A DNA stretch of 40,568 nucleotides, taken from IMG/VR virus record IMGVR_UViG_3300030104_003667, positions 1 to 40,568 of that record. One strand, written 5' to 3'. The notes under the pieces were generated by a model. That model had not been told where the DNA came from. It searched no databases and saw only the letters and a list, made by a program, of their open reading frames with translations. This stretch comes from a virus. Its lineage: Duplodnaviria > Caudoviricetes. The position numbers were made by a program, and so were the translations under genes. Below, piece after piece: positions 34,158-40,568 of the stretch; the first letter of the stretch is position 1, and each line of letters opens with the position of its first letter.

Positions 34158-36473
34158 ATGGCCACGCCCATTCAAGCTAATTTTACCGGTGGTGAAATTA
34201 GTCCACGCCTTCTTGGACGTGTCGACCTCACTAAGTACCAGAACAGTTTAGCCCTCTGTGATAACTTCCTGTGCTTTCCACACGGTGGAATCACAAAGAG
34301 ATCTGGTACTAGGTTTGTAGCAGAGGTCAAGGACTCATCTAAAAATACTAGGCTCATACCATTTGTCTTTAGTACTACACAGGCCTACATCATAGAGTTT
34401 GGCCATCAGTACTGCAGGTTTTACCGAGACGAAGGCCAGATACTGACAGGAGGCGGCGCTGTATACGAGATCAGTAGTCCATACGAGTCTACTGACTTAG
34501 ACCAGATAGACTACGTTCAAAGTGCGGACGTCTTGTACTTGTGCCATCCTAGCTACATTCCAAAAAAACTTAGTCGTACGGCTCACACCACGTGGACTTT
34601 TTCAGATCTAGACCCGTATGATGGGCCATACTTAGATCTAAACACGGGTGTAACCTCTACGACCATGTATCCTAGTAGTCACACAGCAAACTGTTCTACT
34701 GATGTCACAATCACAGCAAGTGCTGTTACTGGTATCAACGGAGGTAGCGGCTTTGTCTCGTCAGACGTCGGACGACCTATTAGAATTTTTATTGATAATA
34801 AGTATGGAGCTGCTAAGATTACTGCAGTTGGAGGTACTACCTCAGTAACAGTCAGGTTGTTTTGCCAAGCTGACGTAGCAACTCATCAGTGGGAAGCTTC
34901 AGGCTCTAGTACCGCGACGGTTGAGTGGCAGCTAGGCGCCTGGAGTGACACAACTGGTTGGCCTAGTCACGCAGTATTCTTTCAAGACCGTCTTTTCTTT
35001 GCCAACACGTCTGCACAACCAAACACAGTCTGGGCCTCACGTTCTGGGGATTATGAAAATTTTAGTCCAAACGACAGAGATGGCACGGTCACTGATTCAC
35101 ACGGACTTAATTTTACACTTGCCACCGACCAGGTAAACGCTATCCGATGGTTGTTCAGTAGTAAAAATTTACAGCTTGGCACGTCAAGTGGTCCTTTTAT
35201 CATGAGCTCCGGAGAAGACAACGTTGCCATTACACCAACAAACGTGGTTGTAAACCGGGAAACTACTGACGGTGTAGGTGCAGTAAAGCCAGTAGGTTCA
35301 GGGAAGTCGACACTTTACGTAGATCGCAGTAAGAGACGGATCAGAGAATTTGCATATACAGCGGCTGCTCAAGGCTACATCTCACCTGACATGACACTGA
35401 TCGCAGAGCACACTGCTGCAGGTACCAGCATAGAACAGCTAGCATTGGCAAAGTTTCCTGATAATTTGATTTACGTAAGATTAGCAGATGGCGGTCTGCG
35501 CAGTATGACTTACGAGAGAGACCAAGACGTGGTTGCCTGGGCAAGACACACAATCGGTGGTAGTAACGTGGCAGTTAAGTCGCTTGCTACAATCCCAAGT
35601 ATTGACGAGACCCACGACCAAGTGTATATGATTGTGTCAAGAGCCATTGACAAGGGCACAGTGACTGTACCTGACCACACAAACGACAAAATACGCTTTG
35701 ACGGCCATGCCCTGCCAGCTGGAACTAAGGTTCAATTCACTACTACCGGAACGTTACCTGCAGGTCTTTCATTAAGTACAAATTATTACGTTAGAGACGT
35801 AGAGACAAATTTTTTTAAAGTAGAGCTTACCGTTGGTGCTGGAGCAATAAATATTACGTCCGCAGGCTCAGGCACGCATACTGTCAAAATGATGGAGCGG
35901 CAGTACGTAGAATTCTTAGAACAAAACTTTGATACAAACGCAGGAGATACCTCGGTTGACTCGTTTTTTGTAGACTCAGGTCTTGCTTATTCAGGAGGTG
36001 CTGTCACGTCACTTACAGGACTAGGCCACCTTGAGGGAGAGACTGTGTCAGTACTTGCTAACGGAGCAGCTCATCCTGACAAGGTCGTGTCTGGTGGTTC
36101 TATAAGTCTTGACGTGTCTGCAACAAGTGCCTCTGTGGGTCTACCGTACACTGCTAGGGTACAGACGCTAGATCCTGAGGTTGCAACAGATTTAGGACCG
36201 TCACAAGGTAAGACAAGGCGAGTTGAGAGATTGACATTCAGGGTTGTTGACACGTACAACCTTAAGTTTGGCACTAGCGAATCTGACCTTGAGCTGATTC
36301 CGTTTAGACTGCCGGCACATGCCATGGACTCAATTACGTTGTTTACCGGTGACAAGAGGGTCTTGCTTAAAAATAATCCTGATCGCAGGTTTGATTTTTT
36401 TATACATCATGATGACCCATTACCGTGTACAATATTAGCAATCATGTACTCTATTAATATGTCGGAGAGATAA
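34158..36473 (+). CDS. Tail tubular protein B (nozzle)
   Basis: NFTGGEISPRL.GRVD; RLIPFVFS; QSADVL; FFQDRL; DSGL; L.HLEGETV; VGLPY. Confidence 0.9.
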   Translation: MATPIQANFTGGEISPRLLGRVDLTKYQNSLALCDNFLCFPHGGITKRSGTRFVAEVKDSSKNTRLIPFVFSTTQAYIIEFGHQYCRFYRDEGQILTGGGAVYEISSPYESTDLDQIDYVQSADVLYLCHPSYIPKKLSRTAHTTWTFSDLDPYDGPYLDLNTGVTSTTMYPSSHTANCSTDVTITASAVTGINGGSGFVSSDVGRPIRIFIDNKYGAAKITAVGGTTSVTVRLFCQADVATHQWEASGSSTATVEWQLGAWSDTTGWPSHAVFFQDRLFFANTSAQPNTVWASRSGDYENFSPNDRDGTVTDSHGLNFTLATDQVNAIRWLFSSKNLQLGTSSGPFIMSSGEDNVAITPTNVVVNRETTDGVGAVKPVGSGKSTLYVDRSKRRIREFAYTAAAQGYISPDMTLIAEHTAAGTSIEQLALAKFPDNLIYVRLADGGLRSMTYERDQDVVAWARHTIGGSNVAVKSLATIPSIDETHDQVYMIVSRAIDKGTVTVPDHTNDKIRFDGHALPAGTKVQFTTTGTLPAGLSLSTNYYVRDVETNFFKVELTVGAGAINITSAGSGTHTVKMMERQYVEFLEQNFDTNAGDTSVDSFFVDSGLAYSGGAVTSLTGLGHLEGETVSVLANGAAHPDKVVSGGSISLDVSATSASVGLPYTARVQTLDPEVATDLGPSQGKTRRVERLTFRVVDTYNLKFGTSESDLELIPFRLPAHAMDSITLFTGDKRVLLKNNPDRRFDFFIHHDDPLPCTILAIMYSINMSER

Positions 36474-36931
36474 TGCCAGGTCCTTTAATAATCGGAGCAG
36501 CAATTGCTATGGGGGCCGGAGCACTTTTAAGTGCCAAAGGCCAGCTTGACGCAGGAGCGGCTGCAAGAAAAGCAGGAAACGCTGAGGGTGATCTTTTAGA
36601 AAAGAATGCTGACAGAGTCGAGGAGATGGGGGACTACACTGCTTTTCGACACAACATGAAAGTTAAAAAAGTCTTAGGTGCCGGTAGAGCGGCGTATGCA
36701 GCTTCAGGGGTCACGATGTCCGGATCCGCCATGGATGTCATGCGGGAGTCTGCCGTAGAAGGCGAACGCGACAGACTTACAATCCTGTATAATGCTAAGG
36801 TCAAGGCAGATACAATGAGAGACCAGGCAGAAATTGCCCGGTATCGTGGTGCATCAGCACAAGCCGCAGCACAGTATAAAGCAGCTGGAACCGTACTTAG
36901 CGGAGCTGGTCAGATATTTGCAGCAATATAA
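36473..36931 (+). CDS. Internal virion protein (gp14-like, Ala/Gly-rich)
   Basis: Hydrophobic N-terminus; RAAYAASGV..SGS..DV. Confidence 0.75.
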   Translation: MPGPLIIGAAIAMGAGALLSAKGQLDAGAAARKAGNAEGDLLEKNADRVEEMGDYTAFRHNMKVKKVLGAGRAAYAASGVTMSGSAMDVMRESAVEGERDRLTILYNAKVKADTMRDQAEIARYRGASAQAAAQYKAAGTVLSGAGQIFAAI

Positions 36932-36935
36932 TAAT

Positions 36936-39341
36936 ATGGCAAGAATACCAACATACCAAGGAAGAGTCGGCCTAGACACGTCTGCTCTGTCAGGTGCGTC
37001 CCTAGAAGCAGGAAAGAGTAGGGCAGACGCTTCGGTGTTTCAAGCACAGGCAGAAGCAGCTGACAGCCTCTTTAGAGCCGCAGGAACTGTTGTCAGTAAG
37101 CTTAGCCAAGAAGAAGAACGCCAAGAAAAGAATGATGCAAGACTGTGGCTGTATGAAAACGCATCTAAGTTTGAAGCTGCTTCTGCAAGACACAGTGGAG
37201 ATCTTGAGATTGATCAAGACGCTGATGATTATGCTACTGACGCAGACACCAAAAACCTAGGTGAAAACAGTTTTTCTCGACAGCGTCTTAACTGGTTTAC
37301 AACTCATCAAAATGAAAAAGATACTGCCGGAAAAGCGATCTACAATCCACCTAACAAGTATGCACAGCAGATGTGGTCCGAGTATCTTGCAAAACAGCGT
37401 GGCAGCATTGAACTAGAAGGAATACAGTTTGAAGCAGAGCTGAGAGTACAGGCAAGATATAATCAGGCAGAGAGAATACTAGACGGCTGGGTAGCCGAGG
37501 TTGCAGAAGACCATACTAAGTTAAATGGTAAGCTAACGGCACTTCAGCAGTTTATTGATGAAGGCAAGATAGACGACGAAGAAGCTCAAAAGTATGGAGG
37601 TCGTGTCTTCTTAGATTCCGCTAATTTAGAAAAGATTGGTAATGAGAAAAAACAAGAGATGCTTCGTGCTCATCTTGATGCTCGTCTAGCAGAAAATCCG
37701 TTTGACGTCTATCTACACATCGAGGGTAAAGGCAAATATAAAGATAAGCCATTTGGTTCTACGAAAGGCTTAGATCCTAATCTTATCTCTCAGTATCGGG
37801 ACGAGGCACTTAGAAAATCTGCTGGCAGGCTTGAGCAAGACGTGGCCACTGTACAAAATAACGCTACAGCCTACCTGACAAATATTGCTGCAGGAGGAGA
37901 CGGCGGTGACTATAAGCAGTCATTTGCAGCCGGAGCAGCTCGTCAAACTTTTGCTATGGGCTTTGGCGGTGCCTTAGGAAACGAGAGGCTAGCACTATTT
38001 CCTGGAGTACAAAAGAGGCATGACGCAGCTTTTGCTGACTTTCAATCACGAGAAAGAGTTGCGATGACCACAGCTGGTCTAGTAAAATTCTTTGAGTCTG
38101 AGATTGCTACTAAGGATGTTGCTCCAACAATGACCTTGCTTCGTGATGCTGTCAAAAATACTAACGTACGAGATGCTTTTATAAAAGAATTAAAAATAAC
38201 GCAAGAAGGTGAAAAAGCAAAGTTAGACAGTGCTGAGATGCAGGCAGCAATTGAGAGAGCACAGGCTCGGATTACTGCTACCTTAAAACTTAGATCAGAG
38301 GATCCTGTACAGCATGCAGTCGAGGTTGACGATGGTCCCGGGGGTTTTGCAAGCGTGTTTTACAATAACGATATTGATTTTAATGAAAAAAAAGAAATAT
38401 TGTATGCTCACTATGATGCCATTGGACAACCAAAGCACCACAGGCCTTTGTTGACAAACGCGCAGGCCGAGACCGTTATTGACACAGTACAAAGGGCAAG
38501 CTCAGGAGATGACTTGATTGCCCAGATGAAGGGTTTACGAGACAAATATGGGGATAGTTATCCTGAAGTTTGGAAGCAGCTGACCAGCATGAAAAATGGT
38601 CTTGATGCAAATTATGGCTTCCTGGGATCAATCCCTAACTCTATGTTTATGACTGAGTACGCCGAGGCAATGAGGGTCGATGAAAAAAAGCTCAAAGATT
38701 TTTTTACAAGCACATCCGGTGCTGGCAGTACTTACAACGCCGTTAGTAACAAAACCATTACCCAGTTAAAACCGTACTTTGAAGCATTCCACGGTAACAT
38801 GACCCATCGCATAAACGAAGTTTCACTCTTGGTAGATACCTTTACGAAGATGGTTGCAATACGAGTTCAAAACGGAGATAACGAAGATTCTGCAATTGAA
38901 AAAATTACCGGCATGATGTCAAGTTCAATAACTCTTGTCAACGAAGATTACTTTCCTGTTATGAATACTGACAACCTTAATTTTTACATCACGCCTGACA
39001 TGCAGACAGAGGACGGGGACCCAATTAATCCTGACACTGTCGCAGAAAACGCCGCTGAGTGGTTTGACGACATTGAAAAATTTTTTGATGACAATCCTAA
39101 TATTCACATCCCATCAGGTTCTTCTTACGCCTTGCAAAACTCAGAGGAGATGGGCCGTGAGACTTTTATTAAAGCCGTTGAAAATGATGGCAAGCTAGTG
39201 ATGAATGACACCGGTGACGGTCTTATGCTTGTCGTACCACTTGGCGACGAGGGAATGCTCTACCCTGTCAAGTTTAAAGAAAAAGACAAGTTAAAAGTTT
39301 TAGAATTTAAGTTCGATAAATTCATGTCGTCTTCTAAATAA
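36936..39341 (+). CDS. Large internal virion/ejection protein (801 aa)
   Basis: MARIPTY start typical of this gene position; helical; start reassigned to ATG 36936. Confidence 0.75.
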   Translation: MARIPTYQGRVGLDTSALSGASLEAGKSRADASVFQAQAEAADSLFRAAGTVVSKLSQEEERQEKNDARLWLYENASKFEAASARHSGDLEIDQDADDYATDADTKNLGENSFSRQRLNWFTTHQNEKDTAGKAIYNPPNKYAQQMWSEYLAKQRGSIELEGIQFEAELRVQARYNQAERILDGWVAEVAEDHTKLNGKLTALQQFIDEGKIDDEEAQKYGGRVFLDSANLEKIGNEKKQEMLRAHLDARLAENPFDVYLHIEGKGKYKDKPFGSTKGLDPNLISQYRDEALRKSAGRLEQDVATVQNNATAYLTNIAAGGDGGDYKQSFAAGAARQTFAMGFGGALGNERLALFPGVQKRHDAAFADFQSRERVAMTTAGLVKFFESEIATKDVAPTMTLLRDAVKNTNVRDAFIKELKITQEGEKAKLDSAEMQAAIERAQARITATLKLRSEDPVQHAVEVDDGPGGFASVFYNNDIDFNEKKEILYAHYDAIGQPKHHRPLLTNAQAETVIDTVQRASSGDDLIAQMKGLRDKYGDSYPEVWKQLTSMKNGLDANYGFLGSIPNSMFMTEYAEAMRVDEKKLKDFFTSTSGAGSTYNAVSNKTITQLKPYFEAFHGNMTHRINEVSLLVDTFTKMVAIRVQNGDNEDSAIEKITGMMSSSITLVNEDYFPVMNTDNLNFYITPDMQTEDGDPINPDTVAENAAEWFDDIEKFFDDNPNIHIPSGSSYALQNSEEMGRETFIKAVENDGKLVMNDTGDGLMLVVPLGDEGMLYPVKFKEKDKLKVLEFKFDKFMSSSK

Positions 39342-40568
39342 TGGCAGGACTCACCTTTCAAAATAAGACTAAAGGCAGTCAATTTTTTGACAACTACGGC
39401 CTAGACTTCTTGTCACCGACAAACGAGCAGGTCGTAGATGCCGCCGCAACAAGGGGCTGGCGTTGGACCGGTACTGACTCAGTTGCTCGTATATCTGAAA
39501 TTCAACGAATTAGAAAATATGCTGATGCCTCTCAAGAAGAGCGTGAAAGTGTTTTTTCCGAAAAGTCTGCTTGGTTGTTAAAAGGTGCCAGGACTGCCCA
39601 CAAAGTTCCTTTTATAGACCTCGATAATTATCCTGATTTTCAAGAGTCAGATGTCGAGAATATACCTGCAGAGCAAGCAAACCTTAAATACGGCATCAAG
39701 GGCCACCTTCAGTTTCACGAGCCAGTCAGTAACCTAGAGGCACACGTCTTACATCAAAGAAAGCAAGAAGAGCTTCGCTACAACTATATCTTAGAACGTG
39801 CTAAGGGAGGACAGTGGTGGGCAGGATTTGGAATTGAGCTGGCCGTCGGTATTTTAGACCCTATTGCACTACCTTTAATGTTTGTACCACCCTTAGGTGC
39901 ATCTAAGGTTCTTGCCAAGTTAGGATGGCAAGGCAGTCGCTACGGTAGACGAGCAGTCACCGGTGCACTAGGAGGTCTGTATGGATCTACTGCCTTAGAA
40001 CCACTTATTTACGCTGCTCACAAACAAGAGCAAGCAGAGTACTCAGGATTTAATTCACTGACGAACATTGCCTTTGGTACAATTGGCGGCTCTATCTTAC
40101 ATCTTGGCGGTGGAGCAGTTGCTGATGGTGTGAAATACGTCAGAAAGAAAAGACACGTAGCTTCGGTAGATACTGCAGTCAAGCAGATGGCGGCAGGCAG
40201 GTCAGTTGAGGTAGAACCTATCGCAAGAGGTTCAGAGGAACCTGATGCAGGAGTCACGTACTTAGATGACCTGTCAGAGGACATCCCGGCAGTACGTCCT
40301 GACGAGGCAGTCAGAGAGGCAGAGATCGTGAGGAGAGTGATAAGTGAACTGACTCCTCAGCAACGAGCACAGTTGCCAGGTGGTGCTACGACTGAAGACT
40401 TCATGCAGGCATTTGCCACGTACCTAGAGACAAAAGCCAAGACCGTAGATCACTCAGCCGTAGAGACAGAGGCACCACTGCTTCTGGTCTATCAAAAAGC
40501 AAGGCGTGGAGCAGAGATCACTCCAGAGGAACGAGTAAAGGCAGAAGAGCAAGTTCAAGAAATTACTT
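39341..40568 (+). CDS. N-terminal part of the ~1142-aa putative ejection protein (continues into 1-2457)
   Basis: TAATG coupling; open to the window end; Gly-rich hydrophobic segments (GFGIELAVGILDPIALPLMFVPPLG); same frame as ORF 16-2457. Confidence 0.85.
   Translation, partial: MAGLTFQNKTKGSQFFDNYGLDFLSPTNEQVVDAAATRGWRWTGTDSVARISEIQRIRKYADASQEERESVFSEKSAWLLKGARTAHKVPFIDLDNYPDFQESDVENIPAEQANLKYGIKGHLQFHEPVSNLEAHVLHQRKQEELRYNYILERAKGGQWWAGFGIELAVGILDPIALPLMFVPPLGASKVLAKLGWQGSRYGRRAVTGALGGLYGSTALEPLIYAAHKQEQAEYSGFNSLTNIAFGTIGGSILHLGGGAVADGVKYVRKKRHVASVDTAVKQMAAGRSVEVEPIARGSEEPDAGVTYLDDLSEDIPAVRPDEAVREAEIVRRVISELTPQQRAQLPGGATTEDFMQAFATYLETKAKTVDHSAVETEAPLLLVYQKARRGAEITPEERVKAEEQVQEIT
40313..40568. 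repeat. Terminal direct repeat, copy 2
   Basis: Matches 1-256 with 5 substitutions. Confidence 0.95.

Noticed and set aside
40313-40568. Physical direct terminal repeat of the virion DNA
   Set aside because: It falls in the middle of a coding gene; better explained as circular assembly overlap

Overview
The window is an essentially complete, circularly permuted genome (~40.3 kb unique; bases 1-256 recur at 40313-40568 with 5 mismatches) of a tailed dsDNA phage with a podovirus-type (BPP-1/T7-like) virion module. There are two divergent arms. The + strand arm (26622 to the end, continuing through 1-10997) carries terminase, GNAT, portal, scaffold, capsid, tail tube A/B, internal/ejection proteins, tail fibre modules and a lysis cassette with an M15 peptidase. 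The - strand arm (25912 to 10976) carries early genes including DUF932, a nucleotide-modification cluster, PolA (Leu762 type), a putative resolvase, SSB, an AEP primase, and UvrD and SNF2 helicases. I found no integrase, RNA polymerase, tRNA or CRISPR array. Four observations stand out: (1) a ~1142-aa putative ejection protein spanning the assembly junction that carries an atypical (PI3/4K/HipA-like) kinase domain plus an R-S-E ADP-ribosyltransferase domain; (2) a compact operon (SAM methyltransferase, MazG-like NTP-PPase, dNMP kinase fused to a UDG-fold domain, thymidylate-synthase homologue with the dCMP-type Asp, dCMP deaminase, PolA) suggesting an unusual pyrimidine-modification pathway; (3) a ~240-nt two-domain structured RNA candidate inside that operon; (4) a pair of ~87-bp inverted elements around a GC-rich core in the divergent control region. 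All calls come from motif reading by eye; no database searches were run.
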